DNA of 64,000 nucleotides from an uncultured Thermotogae bacterium (GTDB lineage: Bacteria > Bipolaricaulota > Bipolaricaulia > UBA7950 > UBA9294), in assembly GCA_964608345.1 (NCBI GenBank), contig CAZSNG010000001.1, positions 6,299 to 70,298 of the forward strand. The letters run 5' to 3'. Below are positions 46,159 through 56,440 of this stretch, one piece after another (position 1 is the stretch's first letter; each line of letters begins with the position of its first letter). A program made the position numbers and the translations under genes. The notes under the pieces were generated by a model. The model had not been told where the DNA came from. It did no database searches and saw nothing but the letters and a program-made list of their open reading frames with translations.

Positions 46159-46809
46159 ATGACGCGCAAGGGTTTGATTCGGCTGGCGGTGGGGCTGTTC
46201 CTTGCTGCCAGCGTGACCGGCTTCGTGGTGACGGAGACGGTCGCACAGGTCCAGATGAGCGGCATGATGTTCGGCTTCGGGGGCTACCCCGGCGGGACAC
46301 TGCACGAAGTGTTCGAGATGCAGCGCGGGGGGCCGAACGCACCGGTCCGGACGTACACGATCGACATCGTCCCCGATGGAGACGGCTACCACATGACCGA
46401 GACGATCGACGCGCCGCTGCTGATGCGCGACGACATCGGATCCGGCCTTGGCCGAAGCGGCGCCGCCGGGACGGCCGGCGCTCGATACGACGAGGAAGGG
46501 GTGCGGCAGAACATCGACCTTACGCCGCTCTCGGCGCTCGAGGAGCGTGGCGTGATCGTCGAACCGAACCAGAACTACTACCTGCCCGACGGCGCGCGCC
46601 TGGTGACCGGCGATGTCGAGACGATCGCGGGGATCGAAGTCGTGATGGGAACGTTCCTCCATCCGAGCTACCCGAGCCAGAAGGTCACGATGTCGTTTGC
46701 CGATCCGGAGATCGAGGCGCTGCTCCTCTTCCCGGTCTATATGCTGCGCGAAGTGGACGGAGAGCAGGATTACCTGGTGCAGTTGGTCGAATTCAGCCAC
46801 GAGCTGTAG
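46159..46809 (+). CDS. Secreted hypothetical protein (first gene of the MacB-type ABC module)
   Basis: Signal peptide MTRKGLIRLAVGLFLAASVTG. No recognisable domain. Confidence 0.55.
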   Translation: MTRKGLIRLAVGLFLAASVTGFVVTETVAQVQMSGMMFGFGGYPGGTLHEVFEMQRGGPNAPVRTYTIDIVPDGDGYHMTETIDAPLLMRDDIGSGLGRSGAAGTAGARYDEEGVRQNIDLTPLSALEERGVIVEPNQNYYLPDGARLVTGDVETIAGIEVVMGTFLHPSYPSQKVTMSFADPEIEALLLFPVYMLREVDGEQDYLVQLVEFSHEL

Positions 46810-46818
46810 GGAGGCGCG

Positions 46819-47655
46819 ATGATCGAGGTGAAGGGCGCATCGCGCACGTTCGCGATGGGTGCGACCCAGGTGCACGCCCTGCGTGGCGTCGACCTGAGGA
46901 TCGAGGACGGCGAGTTCGTCGCCGTCATGGGACCGTCCGGCTCGGGGAAGAGCACGCTGATGTACCTGCTCGGGGCGCTCGACCGGCCGAGCGCGGGGAG
47001 CATCCTGCACGGCAACGAGGATGTCGCGGACTGTGATTCGAACGGACTGGCCGACCTTCGAGGCCGAAGGATCGGCTTTGTGTTTCAGATGTTCAGCCTG
47101 ATGCCGACGCTCTCGGCGTTCGACAACGTCGAGCTTCCGATGGTCTTCCAGCGGATTCCGCGGAGTGAGCGAAAGGTCCGCGCGAAGGAGCTCCTCGAGT
47201 TGGTCGGAATGGGAGACCGGATGGGGCACCTCCCGAGCGAGCTGTCCGGAGGAGAGCAGCAGCGGGTGGCGGTCGCCCGGGCGCTCGCGAACAAGCCGGA
47301 TCTGCTGCTGGCGGACGAGCCGACCGGGAACCTCGATTCAGCGACCGGCGAGCAGATCATCGGCCTGCTGGAGTCGCTGAACCGCGGCCGAAGGACGACG
47401 ATCGTCCTGGTCACGCACGACACGGCGGTGGCGAGCCACGCCGACCGGATCATCAGCTTGTGGGACGGCGTCGTCTTCTCTTCCGGTGAATCCGGAAGAG
47501 AAGACGTGGAAGAAGGCGCAGCGGCCACGCCTTCATCTGTTGATGGAGCGAGCCAACTGGAGGCCCGGAACGCCGATGCGCCAGGTCAAGCCGGAGGCGA
47601 AGACGAGGAAGACGGCGGGAGCGCAGCCCCTTGCGGAGGAGGTGGTTCCCAGTGA
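46819..47655 (+). CDS. ABC transporter ATP-binding protein (MacB/LolD/FtsE type)
   Basis: Walker A GPSGSGKST, the signature LSGGEQQR, and Walker B LLLADEPTG are present. Confidence 0.88.
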   Translation: MIEVKGASRTFAMGATQVHALRGVDLRIEDGEFVAVMGPSGSGKSTLMYLLGALDRPSAGSILHGNEDVADCDSNGLADLRGRRIGFVFQMFSLMPTLSAFDNVELPMVFQRIPRSERKVRAKELLELVGMGDRMGHLPSELSGGEQQRVAVARALANKPDLLLADEPTGNLDSATGEQIIGLLESLNRGRRTTIVLVTHDTAVASHADRIISLWDGVVFSSGESGREDVEEGAAATPSSVDGASQLEARNADAPGQAGGEDEEDGGSAAPCGGGGSQ

Positions 47656-48983
47656 TCCGGGACTACCTGAGGCTGTCGATGAAGAGCCTGCGGCATCGGT
47701 CGCTGCGTTCGTGGCTGACGGTACTTGGCATCGTCGTTGGTGTAGCGGCCGTCGTGGCCCTGATCGCGATCGGCGAGGGGATGCAGCGGTCGGTGGAGAA
47801 GCAGTTCGAGACGATCGGGTACAACACGGTCATCGTCCTCCCGGCGCCCGAAGGGGCCGGCGATCGACTCGCGGAGGGTGCGCCAGCCGCCGAAGGAGTC
47901 GGTCAAGGGCAGGTGGGAGGCCGGCTCGGCGGCATGATGGGCGGATTCATGGGGATGCGCGGCGGTGCGGGGGAGGCGTCTCCGGTTGACATGACGGCGC
48001 TCGAGGCGCTCCCGATGGTCGTCGCGGCCGGCGCACAGCGGACCGAGACGGCGATGGTCACGTCGGAGGGCATGGACGGGCAGGGGTTCCTCCGTCTGTC
48101 TGGAATGACGCCGTCGATGCCGGAGAGCTTCCCCGGGTACTTCGGCGGCTACGTCATCGCCAAAGGCCGCACGTTCACCGATGAGGACCTGCACGTCGTC
48201 GTCCTTGGAGCCAGCGTCGCGAACGACCTGGTGGTCGGAGTTGGCGACCACATCGTCATCGAGACGACGCCGTTCGAGGTGATCGGCATCCTGGGTCAGC
48301 CGGACGAAGAAGGGCGTGGAGGGTTCACGATCGGCAACATGCGCAACAGCCTGTTCGTCCCAATCGCCGCGTTGGAGAACCTGTACGAGGGCGTCGGGAC
48401 GATCACGCAAGCGTTGGTCGAGGTCACCGACGGGACCGGCATTGAACAGGCGAGCCAACTGATTCGTGCCGCCTTCACCCAAGCAGGGACGCCGGTGATG
48501 ACCACGACTGCTTCCGAGCTGAGCGCGCAGATCAAGGGCGTGCTGTCGAGCCTCAACATGACGTTGTCGGCGATCGCCGGGATCTCGCTTCTCGTGGGCG
48601 CAATCGGCGTGATGAATACGATGTACATGTCGGTGCTCGAACGGACGCGCGAGATCGGGATCATGAAGGCCGTAGGCGCCAAGGATCGTGACGTGCTCGG
48701 GCTCTTCCTGATCGAATCGAGCGTGCTTGGCATCGTCGGCGGTGTGCTGGGCATCCTTCTCGGCGCCGGCATCAGCGGGCTGGCAGGCCGCTTCATCTCC
48801 GGCTCGCTGACCCTCGGAGCGGTGAGTCGAATGGCCGGGTCGGCCGGTCTGCAGCCGGCGTTCAGCGCGTGGTTGATCTGCGCCGCACTCGGCCTGTCGT
48901 TGGTCCTGGGGGCACTCGCCGGCGTGCTGCCGGCGCGGCGTGGGGCGAAGCTGCCACCGGTCAAGGCGTTGCGGTACGAGTAG
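47652..48983 (+). CDS. MacB/FtsX-type ABC permease with large periplasmic domain
   Basis: GTGA overlap with the ATPase stop. An N-terminal TM is followed by a ~250-aa periplasmic domain and a C-terminal FtsX 3-TM bundle. Confidence 0.85.
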   Translation: MIRDYLRLSMKSLRHRSLRSWLTVLGIVVGVAAVVALIAIGEGMQRSVEKQFETIGYNTVIVLPAPEGAGDRLAEGAPAAEGVGQGQVGGRLGGMMGGFMGMRGGAGEASPVDMTALEALPMVVAAGAQRTETAMVTSEGMDGQGFLRLSGMTPSMPESFPGYFGGYVIAKGRTFTDEDLHVVVLGASVANDLVVGVGDHIVIETTPFEVIGILGQPDEEGRGGFTIGNMRNSLFVPIAALENLYEGVGTITQALVEVTDGTGIEQASQLIRAAFTQAGTPVMTTTASELSAQIKGVLSSLNMTLSAIAGISLLVGAIGVMNTMYMSVLERTREIGIMKAVGAKDRDVLGLFLIESSVLGIVGGVLGILLGAGISGLAGRFISGSLTLGAVSRMAGSAGLQPAFSAWLICAALGLSLVLGALAGVLPARRGAKLPPVKALRYE

Positions 48984-48992
48984 GGAGGCGCG

Positions 48993-50309
48993 ATGCATTG
49001 GGTGCTCTCGTGGATTCGCAGGGTTTACGGACCGTGGTTGCTGCTGCCGTTCGCGGCGGCGGGGGCGCTGCTTCTCGTCGCCTGGGCTGCGATCGGGGCG
49101 GGCTCGATCGGCTGGGAGGCCGAGCTCGTCGCGGCCCTCTCGGGGCCGACGTTCGGGCTCGACGGCTCATCGACGGTCTTCCGAGGCGAGTACGCCTGGG
49201 GAGACGTTGGCGGCGGAATGGGAGGGGCGAGTCAGACGTTCGGTGAGAACGGATCCCGGGTGGACGGGACCCTCTGTCTCCCGCTGCCGAACGCGACCAC
49301 CGGGACGGTCGCTGTCGGCGTCTACCACAGGACCGATCTGGTGATCGACTGGCCGGTCGGCACGTGGGGCATTGCCGCGGACGCTTCCCTCTCGCTCGAC
49401 ACCTCACGGATGACGAGTCTCTCTGCGACTGCGAACGTGACGGCGTACGGAACGTCGACGACGGCGACGTTCCACCTCAATGAGGATCACGGCGTGTACC
49501 GGAGCGGTCTGACGCTCGAACTGGCCGGAACAGCCCTTTCGGGGATGGGCGTCTCGATCGCCGCGTCGTTCGGTGCGCTGCTCGGTTCGGCACCCGCAGA
49601 ACCATGTGGCTTCGAGTTCCGGGGATTCGCTGTCGGAGTGGAGGGCCTTCCGTGGTGTTGCGTTCACACGGACGTCGATCTGACCTTCGGGCAGGGCGGG
49701 TTCGAGCAGGTGGAGATCGACGTCGACATCGACCTTGCAGAGGGGCTGCTGACGTTCGACGGGTCGCTGTGGTTCGAGATCGATGAGAAGCGAGTGAACC
49801 TGATCCCCCGCATCCACCTGAATCAGCAATGCATCTGGTTCAACGTCGGGATCGAGCCGCAGGGAATCGGCTCAGGGGCACCGAACGTGATTGAGTCTCT
49901 CGTTGTCCGCGGCTTCGGCGTCACCGCCTGCGACATCGGCACGGCGGAATTCAGTGCGATCGCGACGCTCGGCACCGGCCTGTACAGGGCGAAGCGCTCC
50001 TCCGATCTGGAGCTCCACGCCGGTGGCTACTACATCGCGCTCGATCCGACGGCCAATCCAGGGCAGTACGTGCAGACGAACTTCGCGATGGTGTGGACGG
50101 TGGCACAGGGCTTCATGAACGCCGAGTGGACGATCGACGCCTACTTCAGTGCGGGCGGGGCGACCCTGTTTGACCTCGCGCTACTCACCGCGGAGTGGGC
50201 GCAGCAACTGGGGTCGGGTCTTGATGTCCGGCTGGCGCTCCAAGTCGATCCGACCGGCGCAGCGCACAAGCTGCTGTTCGGCGTCACCACCGAGGCGCCA
50301 CTTCCCTAG
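48993..50309 (+). CDS. Secreted beta-rich repeat protein (family member 3 of 3), last gene of the ABC module
   Basis: A signal peptide is present. Repeats are similar in character to the ORFs at 31375 and 34975 (VEIDVDIDLAEGLLTFDGSLWFEID). Confidence 0.6.
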   Translation: MHWVLSWIRRVYGPWLLLPFAAAGALLLVAWAAIGAGSIGWEAELVAALSGPTFGLDGSSTVFRGEYAWGDVGGGMGGASQTFGENGSRVDGTLCLPLPNATTGTVAVGVYHRTDLVIDWPVGTWGIAADASLSLDTSRMTSLSATANVTAYGTSTTATFHLNEDHGVYRSGLTLELAGTALSGMGVSIAASFGALLGSAPAEPCGFEFRGFAVGVEGLPWCCVHTDVDLTFGQGGFEQVEIDVDIDLAEGLLTFDGSLWFEIDEKRVNLIPRIHLNQQCIWFNVGIEPQGIGSGAPNVIESLVVRGFGVTACDIGTAEFSAIATLGTGLYRAKRSSDLELHAGGYYIALDPTANPGQYVQTNFAMVWTVAQGFMNAEWTIDAYFSAGGATLFDLALLTAEWAQQLGSGLDVRLALQVDPTGAAHKLLFGVTTEAPLP

Positions 50310-50365
50310 CCGGACTCGATCGTGGCGAGCGGGTACCATGGCTGCGACCTGAGAGGAGATCACGA

Positions 50366-50842
50366 ATGCCTGAGCAACCCCAGCTGGGTCCCGATGCCGT
50401 TGTTTCGCTGCGCGAGATCACCGGCGAGACCGTGACCACGGTCTGCAAACTAAGCGACACGATGCCCGAGGAGCAGAACAAGATGGTCGCGCCGAACGCG
50501 GTGTCGATCGCCCAGGCACACTTCTCTGAGCACGCGTGGTTCCGCGCGATCTACGCCGCCGACGCGCCGGTCGGCTTCGTGATGCTGTGGGACGACGGAG
50601 AGAAGGGCGAGTACTTCCTCTGGCGGCTGATGGTTGCTGCCGAGCATCAGCGGAAGGGATACGGGCGTCGGGCGATCGAGCAGCTGATTAAGTACGTGAG
50701 GACGCGGCCGAACGCGGCCGAGCTGAAGGCGAGCTACGTCCCGATGGATGACGGCCCGGAGGGCTTCTACCACAAGCTTGGTTTCGAGGAGACCGGCGAG
50801 GTCATGCACGGCGAGCACGTCATCCGCCTGCCGCTGACGTAG
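50366..50842 (+). CDS. GNAT family N-acetyltransferase
   Basis: Motif A reads HQRKGYGRRAIEQL. Confidence 0.75.
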   Translation: MPEQPQLGPDAVVSLREITGETVTTVCKLSDTMPEEQNKMVAPNAVSIAQAHFSEHAWFRAIYAADAPVGFVMLWDDGEKGEYFLWRLMVAAEHQRKGYGRRAIEQLIKYVRTRPNAAELKASYVPMDDGPEGFYHKLGFEETGEVMHGEHVIRLPLT

Positions 50843-51182
50843 CGAAGCGTGGCTGCGGAGCGCTGGGATCGAGGTGGCATAGGATCCGACGCCAGGCCCC
50901 GAGCTTCCGCTCCGCCGGGATTGCGTGAGCAGGGCTCGTCGATGGGAGCCGGAACAGCTCGAGCGGCCGGCGACCATCCTCCGGCAGCGCCCGAAGCACA
51001 CGCCGGAGAAGCGCCCGTTCGGCCTTCGCCTCGTTGAAGGCGATTGCGCGGATCGTCGGGCGCTCTCTCAGCAGATCGGTGATGTCGTTCGGCGTCTCGG
51101 TCGCCTCGACGATGTCGGCATCCAGGCTCCCGGACTGTTCGCAGCTCTGCAGGATGTCCCACAGCCCGATCCAGCGGTCGGC
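50820..51182 (-). pseudogene. Truncated uracil-DNA glycosylase-superfamily gene (Mug / hypoxanthine-DNA glycosylase-like) lacking its N-terminal catalytic motif region and start codon
   Basis: A minus-strand frame without any ATG/GTG/TTG start encodes ...PTIRAIAFNEAKA...LELFRLPSTSPAHAIPAERKLGAWRRI, matching UDG motif-2 regions. A stop codon lies immediately upstream of this frame. Confidence 0.45.
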
Positions 51183-51305
51183 TCATGCGTAGTTGTCAAT
51201 CAGCGATCATCCCTTCTAGTATCTCCGCAGCTCTCTCATGGAAACCGACGAAACGATCGGCCGGTTCGTCGAGGAGAGGCGGCTGCAAGGGAAGAGGAGG
51301 CGAAA

Positions 51306-52436
51306 GTGAAGCGGATTCTACTCTCCGTGCTGTTGGTGATGGGCATCTCGGTCATGGCGGTGTGCGGGGGTCTGGAGCTGTGGAGGTCGCAGCAGTTCCA
51401 CATCGTTGACAATCAGATCGCTCGGGCGGCCCTCTTGACGACGGACGGCTACTACATCTTGGCCGGTGACGGCGACATGCGTTCCGATGCCGTGCTCATC
51501 CGAGCCAGCCTCGACTGCAACTACCCCTTGGTCTGGGCGAAGGTCTACACAGACACGTTCGCCCGGATGTTCAGCGACGTCATCGAGATTGCCGACGGTG
51601 GAGTCGTCGCTGGAGGGTCGGCGTTCTACTCGATCTATGCGGGGGATGAGAACGTCTGGCTCGTCAAGGTTGACAGACAAGGAGACACGATCTGGGAGAA
51701 GCAGTACGGCCGGACGAGCGAGCAGAATGACGTCTACGCGATGACGGCTGCGTCGGACGGCGGGTTCGTCGTCAGTGCGCTTCGGCTGCCCCACGCTGGA
51801 GGCTCGGCGGCGACGTGGCTGTTGAAGCTCGATGCGGACGGGAATCTCTTGTGGGAGAAGACCTTCGCGAGCGGCGTCGGGCTGTCGATCATCGAGGCTT
51901 CCATAGGCGGATTCCTGATCAGCGGACTGCAGAACATCGCCCAGAGCCTTAACAGCTACGTCTGGGCGTTGCGAGTCGATGCCCAGGGGAACCCGATCTG
52001 GGAGAAGACGTACACCGACCTCGAGATCTACGCGCAGCTGTCGAATCAGGTCGTGGAAGCTCCGAACGGGGACTTCGTCATTGCCGGGAAGCAGTTCCTT
52101 CTCAGGGTCGATCCTGCGGGGCAGGTCGTGTGGGACCGGTCACTCCCTGGCCGCTTTCTCGACACGGTTGCGTTCACGGACGACGGGAGGCTGGCGGTGG
52201 GCGGCGCCTACAACGACAACTGCTCCTACGATCACCTCTACGTCGCGCTCCTGTCTGACGATGGCACCACGACCTACTGGGAGGACATCGAGCTGTTGTT
52301 CAACAGCTCGGCGGCCCAGGTGCTGCCAGATCCGTACGACGGGATCGCGGTCGCCGGATGGATCCAGACCGTACCGGGCACAGGCCCAATGGATCCGGGA
52401 ACGATCGACTTCGTCCTCGCCCGCTTCCTCGAATAG
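51306..52436 (+). CDS. Lipoprotein with beta-propeller-like ~40-aa repeats (recurrent WEK motif)
   Basis: GTG start with RBS GAGGAGG. Lipobox-like VMAVCGG. Repeats read DTIWEKQYG, NLLWEKTFA, NPIWEKTYT and QVVWDRSL. Confidence 0.65.
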   Translation: MKRILLSVLLVMGISVMAVCGGLELWRSQQFHIVDNQIARAALLTTDGYYILAGDGDMRSDAVLIRASLDCNYPLVWAKVYTDTFARMFSDVIEIADGGVVAGGSAFYSIYAGDENVWLVKVDRQGDTIWEKQYGRTSEQNDVYAMTAASDGGFVVSALRLPHAGGSAATWLLKLDADGNLLWEKTFASGVGLSIIEASIGGFLISGLQNIAQSLNSYVWALRVDAQGNPIWEKTYTDLEIYAQLSNQVVEAPNGDFVIAGKQFLLRVDPAGQVVWDRSLPGRFLDTVAFTDDGRLAVGGAYNDNCSYDHLYVALLSDDGTTTYWEDIELLFNSSAAQVLPDPYDGIAVAGWIQTVPGTGPMDPGTIDFVLARFLE

Positions 52437-52495
52437 GTGAGGCGATCCTGCGCCGACGGTACTCCGATGGCGCCGCCGGCGTGGGGCCAGCCAGT

Positions 52496-53299
52496 CTATC
52501 CGCGGAGCATGAAGATCAGCGCGCGAAGCACCTCGAAGAAGTCGTCGGTCTCGTAGCGGACGGTCGTCGCGTCGGCGAGGGTGGCGCCCGGGTAGAACGA
52601 CGCGCCATAGGCCTCTCCGTTGCAGCGGAAGACGATCTCGACGGAGATGTGTTTGGGCAGCTCGATCCGGCAGGATGCTCGGTCGCCGGCCAACGCGGTC
52701 TCGGCCGCTCGGCGGATTCGCTCGCAGGCGAGCTCCGGATGAATCGAGATCGTCGACGCGCCGGCACCTCGTTTCACCGGGACGGCCGTGATCCCGGGAA
52801 CGATCTCCGGTGCCTCTGCGCAGATTCCTGCATCGCCGGAGACCAGAGTCGTCGGCACGTCGTACAACGCGGCCGTGTAGGCGGCGAACGCGAACTCGGA
52901 GAACGGCTGCCCGTTGACCCGAACTTCGGTGAGTCGACCGGTGAACGTGTGCTCGAGCGGGCTCGCCCCGGCGCGTGCGCGTGCGTGGTAGCCGATCAGC
53001 AGAACCGCGTCGAAGCTCTCGTCGATCTCCTGCAGCATCGCCAGCGGATGCTCGCTCCACCCGCGGATCAGCTGGACGCTCTTCGGCAGCATACTCGGGA
53101 GCAGGTTGATCGCCAGATGGTGGGCGTCCTTGACCAGGACTTCCTTGGCGCCGGCGGCGAACGCCCCTTCGCACGCCGCGGCGACCTCGACGGTCATCTG
53201 CCTTCGCGCGGCCTCGAACCCGGCCTTCTCGTGATCCGTCTCATCCCACGTTGTTACCCCGGTGATCCCCTCGATGTCCGCGCTGACATAGACCTTCAT
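52496..53299 (-). CDS. dppA: D-aminopeptidase DppA (peptidase family M55)
   Basis: MKVYVSADIEGITGV is the canonical M55 N-terminus. Confidence 0.8.
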   Translation of the reverse strand: MKVYVSADIEGITGVTTWDETDHEKAGFEAARRQMTVEVAAACEGAFAAGAKEVLVKDAHHLAINLLPSMLPKSVQLIRGWSEHPLAMLQEIDESFDAVLLIGYHARARAGASPLEHTFTGRLTEVRVNGQPFSEFAFAAYTAALYDVPTTLVSGDAGICAEAPEIVPGITAVPVKRGAGASTISIHPELACERIRRAAETALAGDRASCRIELPKHISVEIVFRCNGEAYGASFYPGATLADATTVRYETDDFFEVLRALIFMLRG

Positions 53300-53370
53300 T
53301 GATCGGTTCCTTCCTTTGGTCTGGATCATCTTCGCCGGCGACTGCCAGCGGCTTCCGAAACGCTCCTAGG

Positions 53371-54699
53371 TTAGGAGCTTCTGAGCGTGGCGTCCAGATC
53401 AGGTTCCCACACGTCGTAGTACGTGCGGTCGCACATCTCGGCGACGGCGGCGAGGGGGACGAGGACGTTGGTGTTGACGCCGGCCGGTCGCGGGTATCCC
53501 CACGAGCGAATCGTCATCCACGTCGACGGCTCGCGGTTCGCTGCGTTGTCGGGGATCGCTTTGCCGGAACTGTCTCCGCCGATGAAGGCGTCGACATAGG
53601 CGCGGTCCGGGTTCAGACGGCACCACAGCCCGGCGGTGTGGTGGAAGCCGTCGTATGCCTGGCGGATGTGCGGCTTGTCGATGGCGGTTTGCACGTGGTC
53701 GGCGGCGGCGAAGACGAGCATGACCTTCAGGTCGGGCAAGACCTGCGCGAGCCGCGAGTAGCTACCGACCGTCTCGCGGGATGGCCAGTTCGCCGCGGCC
53801 TCCTCCGGCGTGGCGAGCGTCGCGGGCCACGTGTCGCGGGTCAGCGCTCCGTTGTCGAGCAGCGCCTGGAGCAGGTCGGTCGACCAGTAGTCCTTGCCGT
53901 ACATCTGGGGATGCTTGAACGAGCAGATGAAGTCCGCGCGGCCTTCGACCGCGAACGCGGGGCGAGCATGCTCCGCTGACCAGTAGACAGTGGAGTAGTC
54001 GATCGCGATCGAGGTCGGCGTGTAGCCGGCTGGGTCGTAGAACGGGTTGTGCACCGGACGCCCGCTGTCGTCATCCCAGTACCCCGGTTCGAGCGGGTAG
54101 AGCGCGTCGATCGTCGGGTTCTCCCGTCCGACGAAGAACCGGACCCGCTGGAGATCCTCGCCGTGGAGGGCGAGGAGGTTCGTCGCGGCGATGCCGGAAT
54201 GCGAGAAGGCGTACAGGCCGGCGACGTCGTACAGGATCGACACGTCGACCTGTTCATCGAGCATGTGACCGTTGACGTCCACCGTCTCGCCGGTCGCGAA
54301 CCGGACGACGTCGCGCAGCGCCGCGAGGCAGTCGGGACCGCCATAGTCGAACGTTCCTTCGCTGGCGATGCCGGTTCCCCGGTCATCCTTGCCCGGCCAA
54401 AGATACGTCACGTACACCGCGCCGAGCGCGTCGGGGTCGAGTTGGTCGTTGAAGCCGGACGATGCGGTGAAGAAGCCGGAGACGTTGACGACGACCGGTG
54501 CGCCGTTGGCGTACCGCGGCGCGCTCGGGGCTCGGATGGCGACGGCGATGCGGCCGATGCCCGCTGATTCGATGAACGTGATGGTCGTTCCCTCGGGGGA
54601 TCCTCCAGCGATGGCGGACTGGAGCGCGATTGCGATGACCAAGGCAGCGAGGAGAAGGAACCTGATGGTGGGCGCAGCGCGATGAGACGGGGCGTTCAC
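53371..54699 (-). CDS. Secreted protein of unknown family (paralog B of 24637-26037)
   Basis: A signal peptide is present. It shares the NPFYDPAGYTPTSIAIDYSTVYW and DKPHIRQAYDGF blocks with paralog A. Confidence 0.7.
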   Translation of the reverse strand: MNAPSHRAAPTIRFLLLAALVIAIALQSAIAGGSPEGTTITFIESAGIGRIAVAIRAPSAPRYANGAPVVVNVSGFFTASSGFNDQLDPDALGAVYVTYLWPGKDDRGTGIASEGTFDYGGPDCLAALRDVVRFATGETVDVNGHMLDEQVDVSILYDVAGLYAFSHSGIAATNLLALHGEDLQRVRFFVGRENPTIDALYPLEPGYWDDDSGRPVHNPFYDPAGYTPTSIAIDYSTVYWSAEHARPAFAVEGRADFICSFKHPQMYGKDYWSTDLLQALLDNGALTRDTWPATLATPEEAAANWPSRETVGSYSRLAQVLPDLKVMLVFAAADHVQTAIDKPHIRQAYDGFHHTAGLWCRLNPDRAYVDAFIGGDSSGKAIPDNAANREPSTWMTIRSWGYPRPAGVNTNVLVPLAAVAEMCDRTYYDVWEPDLDATLRSS

Positions 54700-54781
54700 G
54701 ACGACCTCCTTGCGATCGTGGGCTTCCCTCCATCTACCACGGTCACCGGCCGACGTTCCCGTTGTGTCGTTGGCAGCCCGG

Positions 54782-56440
54782 CTACTGCTCGAGGATCGCT
54801 CCCTCGCAAGCCGGGCCGACGGAGGATGCGTAGCGGGCGAGGAGGCCGGTCGTCGCCCGGGGAGCCGGCGCGTGCCACTCCTTGCTGCAGTCGTCGAGCG
54901 TTGCGGCGTCGACGTCGAGCGTCAGGGTTCGCGCTGGGATGTCGATCTCGATCTCGTCTCCTTCGGAGACGAGCGCGATCGGTCCGCCAACGGCGGCCTC
55001 GGGTCCGACGTGGCCGATCGCCGCGCCGCGGGTGGCGCCCGAGAAGCGCCCGTCGGTGATTAGCGCGACACGGTCATCGAGCCCTTGCCCCGAGATCGCC
55101 GCCGTGGCGAGGAGCATCTCGGGCATCCCCGGTCCGCCACGCGGTCCCTCGTAGCGGATGACGACGACGTCGCCGGGCTCGATGTCGCCGCCGAGGATCG
55201 CGTCGAGCGCCGCCGGCTCGCCGTCGAAGACGCGTGCCGGTCCGCGGTTCCGGAGCATGCCTTCGACGACCGCGCTCGCCTTGACGACGCAGCCGTCCGG
55301 CGCGAGGTTCCCTCGTAGGACGGCGATCCCCCCTTCGGCGTGGTGCGGATCGTCGATCGACCGGACAACGTCTCCGACGCGCTGCGCCCCGGCGACCGTC
55401 TCCGCGATCGGTGCCCCAGCGACGGTGAGTGCCGAGCCGTCCATCAGCTCGGCCCGCAGCAGCTCGGCCGCGACGGCCGGGATGCCGCCCGCCTCGTCGA
55501 GGTCCTCCAGGTGATGCGGGCCGGACGGGCTCAGCTTGACGAGCGATGGCGTGCGGCGGCTGATCTCGTCGAACCGGTCGAGCGTCAGCCGGATCCCGGC
55601 CTCGCGAGCGATTGCCGGCAGATGCAGCGCGGTGTTCGTCGATCCGCCGATCGCCATGTCGACGGCAATCGCGTTGTCGAACGCCGTTTCGGTGAGGATC
55701 GTGCGGGATGTTGTGCCGCTCTCGATCAGCCACAGGACGGCGGTTCCGGCTCGCTTGGCGAGGCGAAGGCGCGCCGCGTGGACCGCGGGGATCGTCCCAT
55801 TCCCGGGCAGCGCCATCCCGAGCGCCTCGGCGAGGCAGTTCATCGAGTTGGCGGTGAACAGCCCGGCACACGAGCCGCAACCGGGGCAGGCGGCGAGCTC
55901 GAGTTCGGTCAGCGAATCCTCAGACAGGTTCCCGACCCGCACCGCGCCGGCCGCCTCGAACATCGTCACCACGTCGATCGCTTGGCCGCGATGCCTGCCG
56001 GCGAGCATCGGCCCGCCGGAGACGAGGATCGCAGGCATGTCGAGGCGCGCAGCGGCCATCAGCATGCCGGGGACGATCTTGTCGCAGTTCGGCACGAGGG
56101 CGAGGCCGTCGAGCCGATGCGCCGAGGCCATCGCCTCGACCGAGTCGGCGACCAGCTCCCGGCTGGGGAGGGAGAAGCGCATCCCCGCGTGCCCCATCGC
56201 GATGCCGTCGCAGATGCCGATCGTGTTGAATTCGAGCGGCGTCCCCCCGGCGGAGCGGATGCCCGCCTTGACCGCCGCGGCGATTCGATCGAGATGCGCG
56301 TGGCCGGGAGCGATCTCGTTGTACGCGCTCGCGACACCGATCAGCGGCCGCTCGAGTTCCTCCGGTGTCAGCCCGGTGGCGTAGAGGAGGCTCCGGTGGG
56401 CGGCTCGTTCGATCCCTCTCTTGACCCGGTCGCTCCTCAT
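54782..56440 (-). CDS. ilvD: Dihydroxy-acid dehydratase
   Basis: 552 aa. Carries CDKIVPGM and the Fe-S cluster Cys ligands. Confidence 0.92.
   Translation of the reverse strand: MRSDRVKRGIERAAHRSLLYATGLTPEELERPLIGVASAYNEIAPGHAHLDRIAAAVKAGIRSAGGTPLEFNTIGICDGIAMGHAGMRFSLPSRELVADSVEAMASAHRLDGLALVPNCDKIVPGMLMAAARLDMPAILVSGGPMLAGRHRGQAIDVVTMFEAAGAVRVGNLSEDSLTELELAACPGCGSCAGLFTANSMNCLAEALGMALPGNGTIPAVHAARLRLAKRAGTAVLWLIESGTTSRTILTETAFDNAIAVDMAIGGSTNTALHLPAIAREAGIRLTLDRFDEISRRTPSLVKLSPSGPHHLEDLDEAGGIPAVAAELLRAELMDGSALTVAGAPIAETVAGAQRVGDVVRSIDDPHHAEGGIAVLRGNLAPDGCVVKASAVVEGMLRNRGPARVFDGEPAALDAILGGDIEPGDVVVIRYEGPRGGPGMPEMLLATAAISGQGLDDRVALITDGRFSGATRGAAIGHVGPEAAVGGPIALVSEGDEIEIDIPARTLTLDVDAATLDDCSKEWHAPAPRATTGLLARYASSVGPACEGAILEQ

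Noticed and set aside
46805-48995. Identical 16-nt string GTAGGGAGGCGCGATG at two gene junctions as evidence of a repeat element
   Set aside because: It consists of a stop codon, an RBS and a start codon. It is explained more economically as a duplicated or convergent translational-coupling junction. It is noted within the ABC-module finding rather than called a repeat feature.
50450-51186. ORF-track minus-strand ORFs 50450-51001 and 50767-51186
   Set aside because: Neither resembles any protein. The third minus frame, which has no start codon, carries clear UDG-superfamily motifs. It is reported instead as a truncated glycosylase remnant.
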